From Deltaproteobacteria bacterium (GTDB taxonomy: Bacteria; Myxococcota_A; UBA9160; UBA6930), in NCBI GenBank assembly GCA_016875395.1, contig VGRF01000011.1, forward strand, positions 59,250 through 123,249: a stretch of 64,000 nt of DNA, written 5' to 3'. The notes below the pieces were generated by a model. The model saw nothing but the letters and a program-made list of their open reading frames with translations, did not search any database and had not been told where the DNA came from. Made by a program: the position numbers and the translations under genes. Numbering within the stretch: position 1 is the stretch's first letter; every line of letters starts with the position of its first letter. This document shows, piece after piece, positions 20,267 through 30,028 of the stretch.

Positions 20267-21693
20267 GGTGCGCATTCGCCGCGATCGCCATGACGACGGT
20301 TCTCGCAGGCTGTGCGAGCGCCACAAAGCCCGACGCGGCGCGCGAGCCGTTCGCGTGGGAGATGCCCGCGGTCGTCGCGGCGGATCGCCCGATCGTCGAT
20401 GCCGCGAGGCTTCACCGGCGCACGCTCGCGAACGGGTTGCAGGTGATCGTGCTCGAGGATCGCCGGCTGCCCGAGTTCAGCGCAGGCTTCATCGCGCTGC
20501 GCGGCGCCGCGATCGAGGCGCCGAGCGAGGCGGGCCTCGCGGTCTTCACCGCGGCGCTGATGGAGCGCGGCGCCGGCGCGCGCGACAAGCTCAACCTCGC
20601 CGCAGCGGTCGACGACCTCGGCGCGGATCTCTCCCTCAACGCGGACTGGGACTCGCTGCGCGCGAGCGTCTCCGGGCTCTCTCAGGATTTCGACGCGCTG
20701 TTCGCCGTGCTCGCCGACGTGGTGCGCCGGCCGCGCTTCGATCTCGAGGAGGCGAAGCAGCTGGTCGCCGAGCAGCGCGCCGCGATCGCGCAGGCGCAAG
20801 ACGATCCCGCGCGGCTCGCGACGAAGCACTTCATGCGCGCGCTCTACGGCGCGCACAGGCTCGGGACACCGTCCGCGGGGCTCGACGAGACGGTCGCGCG
20901 CTTCGGCCCCGCAGACGCGCGCGCCTTCCACGCGCGAGTTGTTAAGCCGCCGGGAGGAATTCTCTGGGCCGTCGGCGACGTCGATCCCGGTGCGTTGTTC
21001 GCGCGCGCCGAGTCCGCCTTCGGCGCGTGGAGCGGAGCGCCGCTTGCGGCGCTGCCGGACGCGGCGCCTGCGCCCGAGAAGCGCCGCGTCGTCATCGTGG
21101 ATCGCCCGGAGCTCGGGCAGGTGCAGGTGGCGATCGGCCACGAGGGAATCGCGCGCACCGATGAACGCCGCCTCGAGGCGCAGCTCATGAACGCCGCCTT
21201 CGGCGCCGGCGGCTTCTCCTCGCGTCTGATGAACCGAATCCGCGCGACCGAGGGCCTCACCTACGGGATCTACGCGCAGTTCGCGCAGTACCGCGTGCCG
21301 GGGCCGTTCGTGGTGAGCACGTTCACGCGCGTGTCCGAGGTGGGGAAGCTGCTCGCGAGCACATTCGAGGAGCTGGAGCGCCTGCGCGCGTCCCCGCCCG
21401 CAGGGGACGAGCTCGAACGTGCGCGCAGTCAGCGCGTCGGCTCCTTCCCGCTGCAGCTCGAAACCTCCGAGGCCGTGATGCGCGCGCTGCTCGATCTCGA
21501 GGTGTACGGCCTCCCGCGCGACACCCTCGACACGTACCGCGCGCGGATGCGCGCGATCACGCCCGAGCAGATCGCTGCGACCGCGAACGCGCTCGTGCAC
21601 CCCGAGCGCGCCGCAATCGTGCTCGTGGGCCCCGCGGAAGCGCTTGGCGAAGTGGCCGCGCAGTACGGCGAGGTCGAGGTCGTCTCGCCCTGA
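20263..21693 (+). CDS. M16 family peptidase-like protein, non-catalytic partner (no HxxEH)
   Basis: The GTG at 20263 overlaps the upstream stop (GTGA). Has the lipobox VLAGC. AVFTAALMERG occupies the position of HxxEH. Confidence 0.82.
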   Translation: MRCAFAAIAMTTVLAGCASATKPDAAREPFAWEMPAVVAADRPIVDAARLHRRTLANGLQVIVLEDRRLPEFSAGFIALRGAAIEAPSEAGLAVFTAALMERGAGARDKLNLAAAVDDLGADLSLNADWDSLRASVSGLSQDFDALFAVLADVVRRPRFDLEEAKQLVAEQRAAIAQAQDDPARLATKHFMRALYGAHRLGTPSAGLDETVARFGPADARAFHARVVKPPGGILWAVGDVDPGALFARAESAFGAWSGAPLAALPDAAPAPEKRRVVIVDRPELGQVQVAIGHEGIARTDERRLEAQLMNAAFGAGGFSSRLMNRIRATEGLTYGIYAQFAQYRVPGPFVVSTFTRVSEVGKLLASTFEELERLRASPPAGDELERARSQRVGSFPLQLETSEAVMRALLDLEVYGLPRDTLDTYRARMRAITPEQIAATANALVHPERAAIVLVGPAEALGEVAAQYGEVEVVSP

Positions 21694-21715
21694 ACCCCGG
21701 GGCCCCCAGGGCGAC

Positions 21716-21745
21716 TTGCCGCCCGACCGATCGGTCGCCTAAGGT
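21716..21745 (+). promoter_or_regulatory. Candidate sigma70-type promoter of the TetR gene (TTGCCG-N18-TAAGGT)
   Basis: The hexamers read at 21716-21721 and 21740-21745. The operator palindrome lies in the spacer. This is pattern-based only. Confidence 0.4.
21724..21737. promoter_or_regulatory. Perfect 14-bp palindrome CGACCGATCGGTCG, putative TetR operator 1
   Basis: Self-complementary as read. It starts 82 nt upstream of the TetR start codon at 21806. Confidence 0.6.
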
Positions 21746-21757
21746 GCGTACCGCATT

Positions 21758-21771
21758 CGACCGATTGGTCG
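21758..21771. promoter_or_regulatory. Near-palindrome CGACCGATTGGTCG, putative TetR operator 2
   Basis: A 13/14 match to operator 1, with centres 34 bp apart. Confidence 0.55.
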
Positions 21772-21805
21772 TGAGGTCATCCGAGTCCAGCGAGGCCCCC
21801 GCAGC

Positions 21806-22429
21806 GTGCATCTCACCTCACGCGAGAAGATCCTCGACGTCGCCGAGGCGCGCTTCGCGCAGCGTGGCTACGCGGGTGTCGGGCTGCGCGAAGTGGCCGA
21901 GGCCGCGGGTCTCGGGAAGTCCTCGCTGTTCCACCACTTCGCCACCAAGGCCGCGCTGTACGGGGCGGTGCTCGACCGCGTGCTCGAGCGCATCGACCTG
22001 CGCATACGCCGCGCCCTCGACGCGAGCAGCGATCCGCGCGCCCAGCTTGCCTCGGCCGTCGTCGCGCTGATCGACACGCTCGCCGAGGACCCGCCGGCCG
22101 CGCGCTTGTTGTTACGGAGCGTGTTCGAGGACGACGACATCTCCCCGGACTCGCCCGATCTCGCGGCGTCGCAGGCGCGCCTCGACGCGCTGATCGCGCG
22201 CATCGCGCAGGCGATCACGGACGGCATCGCCGCCGGCGCGCTGCGGCCGATCTCGGTGCCCGACGCGATCCAGACGCTGATCGGCGCCACGGTCTACCCG
22301 TTCGCGAGCGGCGAGTTCGGCGAGAAGCTCGCCGGCGAAATCTTCAGCGCCGAGGCGATCGCTCGCCGCAAGCGCGAAGTGTTGGGTCTGATCGAGCACG
22401 GTTGGATGCGCCCGCATTCAAGGAGATGA
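21806..22429 (+). CDS. TetR/AcrR family transcriptional regulator
   Basis: The N-terminal HTH ILDVAEARFAQRGYAGVGLREVAEAAGLGKSSLFHHF is the classic TetR_N signature. Confidence 0.9.
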   Translation: MHLTSREKILDVAEARFAQRGYAGVGLREVAEAAGLGKSSLFHHFATKAALYGAVLDRVLERIDLRIRRALDASSDPRAQLASAVVALIDTLAEDPPAARLLLRSVFEDDDISPDSPDLAASQARLDALIARIAQAITDGIAAGALRPISVPDAIQTLIGATVYPFASGEFGEKLAGEIFSAEAIARRKREVLGLIEHGWMRPHSRR

Positions 22430-22432
22430 GTC

Positions 22433-23503
22433 GTGAACAAGTTCCTCCCCGAGCACCGCAAGCAGCTGGGTCAGTTCGAAGTCGTGGACGTGGCAGACGA
22501 GGTCGCCGCGCGCCTGCGCAACAAGGTGAACGACGACGTCGCACTCGCCGTGAACTGGACCTGGGAGTACGGGAGCGAAGTCGCGGAGCTGCGCAACCTC
22601 TACGAGAAGGGCAAGACCGCGCAGTGGAACGCCGAGACGGACCTCGACTGGACGATTCCCGTGACGGCGGACGACTGGGTGCTCGCGCCCGAGGGCTCGC
22701 TGCTCGCGCAGGCGACGAAGCTGATGGGCAAGGACGAGGCGACGCAGAAACAAGCCGCGTTCGACGAGCTCAACTACCTGCTCTCGCAGCTGCTGCACGG
22801 CGAGCAGGCCGCGCTCCAGCTCTGCGGCCAGCTCGTGAACGTGTGCGACAAGATGGATCAGAAGTGGTACGCGGCGTCGCAGGTGATCGACGAGGCGCGC
22901 CACGTCGAGGTGCTCTCGAAGTTCCTCACGCGCAAGATGAACGGCATCTACCCCGTCGGCGGCACGCTGAAGTATCTGCTCGACCAGCTGCTCGAGGCGC
23001 AGGGCGTGCAGAAGAAGACGCTCGGCATGCAGACGCTCTTCGAAGGCACGGCGGTCGGCATCATGGACCTGATGCGCACGATGAGCCGCAACGCGTTCGT
23101 GACGGAGATGATCAAGCGCATCGAGCAGGACGAGGCGCGGCATGCTGCGTTCGGCGTGCTCACGATGCGCCGCGTCGTGAAGGAAGCGAGCGAGGCCGAG
23201 AAGCACGAGATGGAGGACTGGGCGTTTGCGCTGCTCGAGACGCTCAACGCGAATCAGCAGCTCGACATGCTGAAGGTGCTCGGCCCGAAGTACGGCATCG
23301 ACGCGCTGCCGTTCATGCAGATCATCACCTCGATGCCGAACTTCGCGGACCTGAACAGCCCCATCTTCATGCACACCGTCGTGCCGAACCTGCAGCGCCT
23401 CGGCCTGATCACCGAGCGCACCGAGGCCGGTTGGCGCAAGGTGGGCATGATGGTCGACTCGCGTGGCGGCGCCGCGACGGGGCTGCTGCCCCTCGTCGCG
23501 TGA
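22433..23503 (+). CDS. Ferritin-like di-iron carboxylate protein (AurF-like di-iron oxygenase family candidate)
   Basis: GTG 3 nt after the TetR stop, with an AAGGAG SD. Two E...DEARH (ExxH) pairs: HGEQ / DEARHVEVL and FEG / QDEARHAAF. Confidence 0.5.
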   Translation: MNKFLPEHRKQLGQFEVVDVADEVAARLRNKVNDDVALAVNWTWEYGSEVAELRNLYEKGKTAQWNAETDLDWTIPVTADDWVLAPEGSLLAQATKLMGKDEATQKQAAFDELNYLLSQLLHGEQAALQLCGQLVNVCDKMDQKWYAASQVIDEARHVEVLSKFLTRKMNGIYPVGGTLKYLLDQLLEAQGVQKKTLGMQTLFEGTAVGIMDLMRTMSRNAFVTEMIKRIEQDEARHAAFGVLTMRRVVKEASEAEKHEMEDWAFALLETLNANQQLDMLKVLGPKYGIDALPFMQIITSMPNFADLNSPIFMHTVVPNLQRLGLITERTEAGWRKVGMMVDSRGGAATGLLPLVA

Positions 23504-23531
23504 GCCTCCGACCCGGCGCGCTGCGTCGGCG

Positions 23532-24338
23532 TCAGAAGATCGAGTAGCCGCCGTCCGCGACGAGCTGCGCGCCGGTGACGAAGATCGACGCGTCGCACGC
23601 GAGGAACGCGACGACGGGTGCGATGTCGTTTGCTGCGCCCATGCGTCCGATCGGCATCTTCGCGAGCCAGTACGCGATGGTTTCCTGGAGCGAGAGCGGC
23701 GCGCCATCGGCGCCGCGCATCGGCTCGTGCTTCGCGCCGAGGTTCGTCGCGCACGGGCCCGGCAGCACGGCGTTCACTCGGATGCCGCTCGCCGCGAGCT
23801 CGAGCGCGACCGCCCGCGAGAGCATCGCGATCGCGCCCTTCGACGCGCTGTAGGCCGCGTAGCGATCGCCCGCGACTTCGCCGTAAACGGACGAGACGTT
23901 GATGATCGACGGCTTCACGGCCTTTGCGAGGGCCGTCTCCTTCAGCAGCGGCACGAGCGTGTGCATGCCCAGCCACGGGCCTTCGACGTTCACGCGGTAC
24001 TGCGCGCGCAGATCCTCGACCGAGGCTTCGAGAAAGCCGCGCGCGAGCATGATGCCGGCGTTGTTCACCAGCACGTCGAGGCGGCCGCAGCGCGTGCGCA
24101 GCTCGTCGTGCGCCGCGCGCCAGTCCTCGGCGCTCGTCACGTCGTGGCGCAGCGCGAAGTGCCCCGCGCCCTCGAGCCGCCCCGCGGTGTCCTGCGCGGT
24201 GCTCGCGTCGAGATCGCTGCACACGACCCGCGCGCCGAGGCTCGCGAGCGTCTCGCAGCAGGCGCGGCCGATGCCGGAGCCCGCGCCCGTCACGAGCGCG
24301 ACGCGGCTTTTCAGGTCGAAGAGCGGGTGACTCGGCAA
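23532..24338 (-). CDS. SDR family oxidoreductase
   Basis: VALVTGAGSGIGRA, NNAG and a YSASK (YxxxK) motif. Confidence 0.9.
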   Translation of the reverse strand: MPSHPLFDLKSRVALVTGAGSGIGRACCETLASLGARVVCSDLDASTAQDTAGRLEGAGHFALRHDVTSAEDWRAAHDELRTRCGRLDVLVNNAGIMLARGFLEASVEDLRAQYRVNVEGPWLGMHTLVPLLKETALAKAVKPSIINVSSVYGEVAGDRYAAYSASKGAIAMLSRAVALELAASGIRVNAVLPGPCATNLGAKHEPMRGADGAPLSLQETIAYWLAKMPIGRMGAANDIAPVVAFLACDASIFVTGAQLVADGGYSIF

Positions 24339-24347
24339 GGGTGATCC

Positions 24348-25211
24348 TCAGCGCGGCGAGCGCCCGTACACGAGCCCGAATCCCTCGCTCTTGTACGCGA
24401 GCAGGGTGAGCAGCGTCTCCGAGGCGGCGTTCACCACGCCGGGGCTCAGGGAGAGGAACCAGTTCTCTTGCGTGCGGTAGGTCGTCGTCGTGTAGAACGG
24501 AAACACTGCGGCGCGGCGCTTGTCGCGGGAAGTGTTCGCGCCCGTGCGGTGCCAAACGCGACTCTCGAACGCGATCGCGCTGCCGGCCGGCGCCTCGACC
24601 GGGAGCATCCGCACGCTCTCCGCTTCCGCCTCGCTGGGCATCCGATTCCAGCGATGTGAGCCGACCACGACCTCGGTCGCGCCGTTCTCGCGCGTGAAGT
24701 CGTCGATGCACCACGCCACGTTCATGCCCTGCGGCGCCGCGGCCCACGGCTCGGGCACGAAGATCTGGTCCGCGTGGAGCACGCCGCGCGCGGCGCCGGG
24801 GCCGGTGATGTTGCCCGAGATGTTCGAGAGCAGCGCCGGCCAGCCGAGCGTCGCGCGCACGAGCTCGATCGCGGCGGGATGCTCGGCGAGATCGCTGAAC
24901 ACCGGGTCGCGGTTGAGCAGGTTCCACACCCGCACGTTCTTCTCGTCCACGTCGAGCCCGAAGCCGTGCTGAGCGTGGCCGCGCTTCACGTCGTCGTCGG
25001 CCGCGCGGTACATAGCGTCGCGCGCGCGAGAGAGCTGCTCGCGCGTCAGCACGTCGGGGATCACCGCGACGCCGAGCTCCCGCACGTTTCGCAGGGCGTC
25101 GGGGATCGCGCGGGTCGGCGCCGGCAGTGGCAGCGAGGCGAGCGGCTCGCGCTGCGAGCGCACGGGCTGCGCGCCTTCCGCGTGCGCGATCTCGCGCGGC
25201 GCGAATCCCAT
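24348..25211 (-). CDS. Phytanoyl-CoA dioxygenase (PhyH) family Fe(II)/2-oxoglutarate oxygenase
   Basis: ATG at 25211. LHADQ (HxD), a WHRTGAN second-His block, and the same architecture as the paralog upstream. Confidence 0.82.
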   Translation of the reverse strand: MGFAPREIAHAEGAQPVRSQREPLASLPLPAPTRAIPDALRNVRELGVAVIPDVLTREQLSRARDAMYRAADDDVKRGHAQHGFGLDVDEKNVRVWNLLNRDPVFSDLAEHPAAIELVRATLGWPALLSNISGNITGPGAARGVLHADQIFVPEPWAAAPQGMNVAWCIDDFTRENGATEVVVGSHRWNRMPSEAEAESVRMLPVEAPAGSAIAFESRVWHRTGANTSRDKRRAAVFPFYTTTTYRTQENWFLSLSPGVVNAASETLLTLLAYKSEGFGLVYGRSPR

Positions 25212-25225
25212 TTCGGCGCGCTTGT

Positions 25226-26068
25226 TCACCGTGCACCGCCGAGCGGGCGCGGGCGCTCGCCGATGATCTCGCCGCCGATGCGCAAGTTGGAATCTGCGCC
25301 GAGCTTGAGCCGCGCGAACAGCTCCGGCGAGAGCCGCGCCTGCGTCTCCGCGGAGAGCGTCACGTTGTGATTGACCTGTGGGCGCAGGAAGTCGACGGAG
25401 TAGTAGGCGAACAGCAGCGCGCGCTCCGTGTTCTTCGTGACGTTCGCACCCGAGGTGTGCCAGACGCGCCCGTCCATCGCGACGATCGATCCGCACGGCG
25501 CCGTGAACGCCTTCATTTGCGCGAGCGGATTGGCAGGGACCTCCGCGCGCCGCGTGAAGCGCTGGCTGCCGGGTAGGTAGAGCGTGCCGCCGTTCTCGGC
25601 GTACACGTCGTCGAGGCACCACACGACGTTCATGCTCCACGGCGCGAGCCAAGGCTCGGGCACCACGAGCGATTGGTCCGAGTGCAGCGACATCGAGCCG
25701 CTGCCGGGGCGCGCGATGTTCGCGGTGAAGTTCGAGATGGCGAAGTGCTCGCCCAACACGCCGCGCACGAGCGCAGCCGCGAGCGGATGCAGGATCAGCT
25801 CGCGGAAGATCTCGTGCATGTCGAGCAGGTTGAACACGCGCACGTTCGCGGCGTTCGGGTCGAGCGCCGGCATGAACGTCGCGACGCCGCGGCGCTCGCT
25901 CTCGGCTGCAGCTTCGAGTAGCGCCGCGCGCGCGGCGCGCGCCTCGCTCTGCGAGAGCACGCCCTCGATGACCGCGACTCCACGCTCGCGCACCTCGGCG
26001 AGCGCGCGCTCGACTTCGCGCGCTGCGCCGTCGCCGTGTGCTCGCTCCGTTTCGATCGCAGAGCTCAA
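25226..26068 (-). CDS. Phytanoyl-CoA dioxygenase (PhyH) family oxygenase, tandem paralog
   Basis: LHSDQ and WHTSGAN blocks. The start is tentatively the TTG at 26068, preceded by AGAGGTGG. Upstream GTG alternatives exist. Confidence 0.75.
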   Translation of the reverse strand: MSSAIETERAHGDGAAREVERALAEVRERGVAVIEGVLSQSEARAARAALLEAAAESERRGVATFMPALDPNAANVRVFNLLDMHEIFRELILHPLAAALVRGVLGEHFAISNFTANIARPGSGSMSLHSDQSLVVPEPWLAPWSMNVVWCLDDVYAENGGTLYLPGSQRFTRRAEVPANPLAQMKAFTAPCGSIVAMDGRVWHTSGANVTKNTERALLFAYYSVDFLRPQVNHNVTLSAETQARLSPELFARLKLGADSNLRIGGEIIGERPRPLGGAR

Positions 26069-26204
26069 GCGTCCACCTCTTTGGCGATGTTGCACCGCGG
26101 CGCTGCATTCGGCACTGGCCGCTGGCGGCCGGCGCGGCGACTCCGCAACTCTGCGCGACCTCGCGGGTTCACGGGGAAGCCGCGCCTTCGCAGGGAAAGA
26201 CACG

Positions 26205-27203
26205 ATGCTGGTCTCAGTTCTCGCCACCGCAGTGCGCTGCGTGCTTTTCGCGCTCGCCGCCGCCGTCGCGCTCTCGGCCGCTGCGCGCGCCGAGTACGAC
26301 CCGCTCGCGCTGGCGAATGGCGCGGCAGGGCCCGCGCTCGAGCTCACGACGCGGGACGGCTCACGCGAGATCCCGCTGCGCGTGTACACGCCCGCGAAGC
26401 TCTCCGCGCCCGCGCCGATCGTGCTCTACAGCCACGGGCTCGGCGGCTCGCGCAATAACAACCGCTACCTCGGCGAGCACTGGAGCGCGCGCGGCTACGT
26501 CGCGGTGTTCATGCAACACCCGGGTAGCGATGAATCGGTGTGGAAGGACCTGCCGCGCGAAGAGCGCATGGAAGCGATGCGAGAGGCCGCGACGCCGAGC
26601 AACGCGATGAAGCGCGCCGCCGACGTCGAGGCCACGCTCGACGCGCTCGCGGAGTGGCCCGCGGCGCCGGGCCACGCGCTCGCCGGAAAGCTCGACGTGA
26701 CACGGGTCGGCATGTCGGGCCACTCCTTCGGCGCGGTGACGACGCAGCTCGTGAGCGGTCAACGCGCGCCGCTCGTAGGCGCACGCTTCACCGACGCGCG
26801 CATCTACGCCGCGCTCGCGATGAGCCCGAGCAAGCCGCGCCGGGGCAGCGCACGCGAAGCGTTCGGCGCCGTGAAGATTCCGTGGCTGTTGATGACCGGG
26901 ACCCACGACGGCGCGCGGATCGGCGGTCAAACGCCGGCTTCACGTCTGGAGGTGTTCCCCGCGCTGCCGAACGGCAGCAAGTACGAGCTCGTGCTCGACG
27001 GCGCCGAGCACGACGCGTTCGGCGACCGTGCGCTGCCGGGCGAAGCGAAGCCGCGCAATCCGAACCACCACCGCGCCGTGCTCGCGCTCAGCACCGCGTT
27101 CTGGGACGCCTACCTGCGCGGTGACCAAGCCGCGCGCGCCTGGCTCGATGGCGACGCCGCGCGCAGCGTGCTCGACGCGCGGGATCGCTGGCAGCGAAAG
27201 TGA
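26205..27203 (+). CDS. Secreted alpha/beta hydrolase (PAF-acetylhydrolase / dienelactone-hydrolase-like)
   Basis: ATG at 26205, signal peptide ...ALSAAARAEY, GMSGHSFG nucleophile elbow, HGLGGSR oxyanion-type block. Confidence 0.72.
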   Translation: MLVSVLATAVRCVLFALAAAVALSAAARAEYDPLALANGAAGPALELTTRDGSREIPLRVYTPAKLSAPAPIVLYSHGLGGSRNNNRYLGEHWSARGYVAVFMQHPGSDESVWKDLPREERMEAMREAATPSNAMKRAADVEATLDALAEWPAAPGHALAGKLDVTRVGMSGHSFGAVTTQLVSGQRAPLVGARFTDARIYAALAMSPSKPRRGSAREAFGAVKIPWLLMTGTHDGARIGGQTPASRLEVFPALPNGSKYELVLDGAEHDAFGDRALPGEAKPRNPNHHRAVLALSTAFWDAYLRGDQAARAWLDGDAARSVLDARDRWQRK

Positions 27204-27212
27204 AGCCTCGCC

Positions 27213-27716
27213 TCAGGGCGCGGCTGGATGGAACTTGCGATCGAGCAGGCGACCCCAGCGGGGATCGAACGGGTGCACGAGCGAGGTCGGGCCGTCCTCG
27301 TTCTCGAGGGGGTAGCCCGCGTTCGCCCACGCGAAGATCGACCCTTCGAGATTCGCCGCGTGCGCGAAGCCCGCGCGCTGGAGCTCCTGGACGAACTTCG
27401 ACGATCGGTAGCCGACCGAGCAGTAGACGACGACGCGCTCGTAGTCGCCGCTCGAGAACCAAGCGCGCACGTCGGAAACGCGCTGCGTCCAGCGCGCGCC
27501 GGGCAAGCGGCTCACGTCGTACTCCTCGCGCTCTCGCACGTCGACGATCAGCGTTCTTGGACCGACGCTCGCCCGCAGCTCGCGCGCGCCGATCTGCGGG
27601 ACGCCTGGGAAGGTCTCCCGGATGCCCGTCAGCAGCTCTCGCCAAGTCGGTTCGCCCTGCGCCGCGCTCGCGATCGAGAGTGCGGCGGCGGCGAGCGCGC
27701 GAGCGAGTCGGGTCAT
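27213..27716 (-). CDS. Rhodanese-domain sulfurtransferase with signal peptide
   Basis: Signal [16 protein letters not shown] and the active-site loop VYCSVGYRS. Its ATG overlaps the copA stop (ATGA). Confidence 0.82.
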   Translation of the reverse strand: MTRLARALAAAALSIASAAQGEPTWRELLTGIRETFPGVPQIGARELRASVGPRTLIVDVREREEYDVSRLPGARWTQRVSDVRAWFSSGDYERVVVYCSVGYRSSKFVQELQRAGFAHAANLEGSIFAWANAGYPLENEDGPTSLVHPFDPRWGRLLDRKFHPAAP

Positions 27717-30028
27717 AGGTCGATCTTCCGCAGCCGCAGCGCGTTGCCGATCACGCTCACGCTGCTGAGGCTCATCGCGGCGGCCGCGACCATCGGCGAG
27801 AGCAGGGCGCCTGTCAGGGGATAGAGCGCGCCGGCCGCGAGGGGAACGCCGAGCGCGTTGTAGGCGAATGCCCAGAACAGGTTTTGGCGGATGTTCGCGC
27901 GCGTCGCGTGCGAGAGGCGCCGCGCGCGCACGAGCGCCGCGAGCTCACCGCGCACGAGCGTGACGCCGGCGCTGCGCAGCGCGACGTCGGCGCCCGCGCC
28001 CATCGCGATGCCGACGTTCGCGGCGGCGAGCGCAGGCGCGTCGTTCACGCCGTCGCCCGCCATCGCGACGAGCTCGCCGCGCCGCTGGCGCTCGCGCACC
28101 ACGTCGAGCTTCTGCTGCGGCAACACCTCGGCCACGACTTCGTCGATGCCGAGTTGCTTGGCGACGAACTCCGCGGTGGCGCGCTGATCGCCGGAGACGA
28201 GCGCGATGCGCACGCCCTCGCGCTGGAGCGCGGAGATCGCCTGCGCTGCGCCCCGCTTGATGGGGTCGGCGACGCCGATCAGCCCGAGCAGCTGCGCGCC
28301 GCGCGCGGCGAACATCACGGTTTGCCCCGTGCGCCGCAGCTCCTCGGCGCGCGCACGCAGCGGCGCGACGTCGACTCCGCGCTCGCGCATGAGCGCGGCG
28401 TTGCCGAGCGCGCAGTCGGCGTCGTTCACACTTGCGCGCACGCCGAGCCCCGTGCGCGCCTCGAAGCCTTGCGCGGCGAGCGGCTCGATGCCGCGCGCCG
28501 CGGCGCCCGCGAGGATCGCCGCCGCGAGCGGATGCTCGCTGCCGCGCTCGAGCGCGGCGGCGGTCCCTAACAGCTCGAGCTCGCTCGCGCCGTCCGCGGG
28601 CAGCACGCTCGCCAGCGCGGGCTTGCCCTCCGTGAGCGTGCCGGTCTTGTCGACGAGCAGCGTGTCCACCTGCGCCAGCAGCTCGAGCGCCTCGGCGTCG
28701 CGGAAGAGAACGCCCGCACGCGCGCCCCGGCCCGTCGCGACCATGATCGACACCGGCGTCGCGAGCCCGAGCGCGCACGGGCAGGCGATGATCAGCACGG
28801 AGACCGCGGCGACGAGCGCGTGCGCAGAGCGCGGCTCGGGGCCGAACGCGAGCCACGCGAGCGCGGCGAGCGCGGCGCAGGCGACCACCGCCGGCACGAA
28901 CCACGCGCTCACCGCGTCCGCAACCCGCTGGCTCGGCGCGCGCGTGCGCTGCGCGTCGGCGACGAGCGCGACGATGCGCGCGAGCAGCGTGTCGCGCCCC
29001 ACCGCGTCGGCGCGCATCACGAAGCTGCCCGCGCCGTTGACGGTGCCGGCTGTTACGGAAGCGCCGCGCGCCTTCGCGACGGGCATCGGCTCGCCCGTGA
29101 TCATCGACTCGTCGACCGCGCTCTCGCCCGAGAGCACCGTGCCGTCCACGGGAACCGCTTCGCCCGGTCGCACGCGCAGGCGATTTCCGGGAGCGACCCG
29201 CTCGAGCGGCACGTCCTCGTCGCCGTCGTCGGTCACGCGCCGCGCGGTCTTCGGCGCGAGCTTGAGGAGGGCGCGGATCGCGTCGCCGGTGCGCTCGCGC
29301 GCGCGCAGTTCGAGCACCTGGCCGAGCAGCACGAGCGTCACGATCACCGCGGCGGCCTCGAAGTAGACGGGCACGCGGCCGTGCGTGTCGCGCATCGCGG
29401 CAGGGAACGCGCCGGGCGCGAGCAGCGCCGCGAGGCTCGCGAGCAGCGCGGCGCCGGTGCCGAGCGCGATCAGCGTGAACATGTTCGGGCGCCATGGCCG
29501 CAGCGAGGCCCAGCCGCGCGCGAAGAACGGCGCGCCGCCCCAGGCGACCACGGGCGTCGCGAGCGCGGCTTGCACCCACGCGGCGGGGAAATCGTGCGCG
29601 AGCGGCCAGCCCGGAATCATCTCGCCCATCGCGAGCGCGAATACGGGACCTGTCAGGGCGGCGCTCACCGAGAAGCGCCGCTGCATGTCGCGCAGCTCGG
29701 GGTTGTCCGGGGTCTCGGCGGTGATCTCGCGCGGCTCGAGCGCCATGCCGCAGATCGGGCACGCACCGGGGCCGATCTGGCGCACCTCGGGGTCCATCGG
29801 GCAGATGTACTCGCGCGTGTCGCTCGGATCGGGCGTCGTGGCCGCACGAGGTGTTAGGTACACCGCGGGCTCCGCCTGAAAGCGCGCGAGGCAGCGCGGA
29901 TTGCAGAAGTGGTAGAGCGTGCCGGCGTGCGTCCACTGATGCGGGCCGTCGCGCGCGACGCGCATCCCGCACACCGGGTCGAGCGCGCGGTCGTCAGGCG
30001 CAGCCGGCGCGGCGCTCGCCCCGCTCAT
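27713..30028 (-). CDS. copA: Copper-translocating P1B-type ATPase
   Basis: ATG at 30028 ([13 protein letters not shown]). CPC motif [13 protein letters not shown], plus [14 protein letters not shown] and [10 protein letters not shown]. The N-terminus has the Cys-rich segments CGMRV...HFCNPRC and CPMDPE...CPICGM instead of GMxCxxC. Confidence 0.9.
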   Translation of the reverse strand: MSGASAAPAAPDDRALDPVCGMRVARDGPHQWTHAGTLYHFCNPRCLARFQAEPAVYLTPRAATTPDPSDTREYICPMDPEVRQIGPGACPICGMALEPREITAETPDNPELRDMQRRFSVSAALTGPVFALAMGEMIPGWPLAHDFPAAWVQAALATPVVAWGGAPFFARGWASLRPWRPNMFTLIALGTGAALLASLAALLAPGAFPAAMRDTHGRVPVYFEAAAVIVTLVLLGQVLELRARERTGDAIRALLKLAPKTARRVTDDGDEDVPLERVAPGNRLRVRPGEAVPVDGTVLSGESAVDESMITGEPMPVAKARGASVTAGTVNGAGSFVMRADAVGRDTLLARIVALVADAQRTRAPSQRVADAVSAWFVPAVVACAALAALAWLAFGPEPRSAHALVAAVSVLIIACPCALGLATPVSIMVATGRGARAGVLFRDAEALELLAQVDTLLVDKTGTLTEGKPALASVLPADGASELELLGTAAALERGSEHPLAAAILAGAAARGIEPLAAQGFEARTGLGVRASVNDADCALGNAALMRERGVDVAPLRARAEELRRTGQTVMFAARGAQLLGLIGVADPIKRGAAQAISALQREGVRIALVSGDQRATAEFVAKQLGIDEVVAEVLPQQKLDVVRERQRRGELVAMAGDGVNDAPALAAANVGIAMGAGADVALRSAGVTLVRGELAALVRARRLSHATRANIRQNLFWAFAYNALGVPLAAGALYPLTGALLSPMVAAAAMSLSSVSVIGNALRLRKIDL

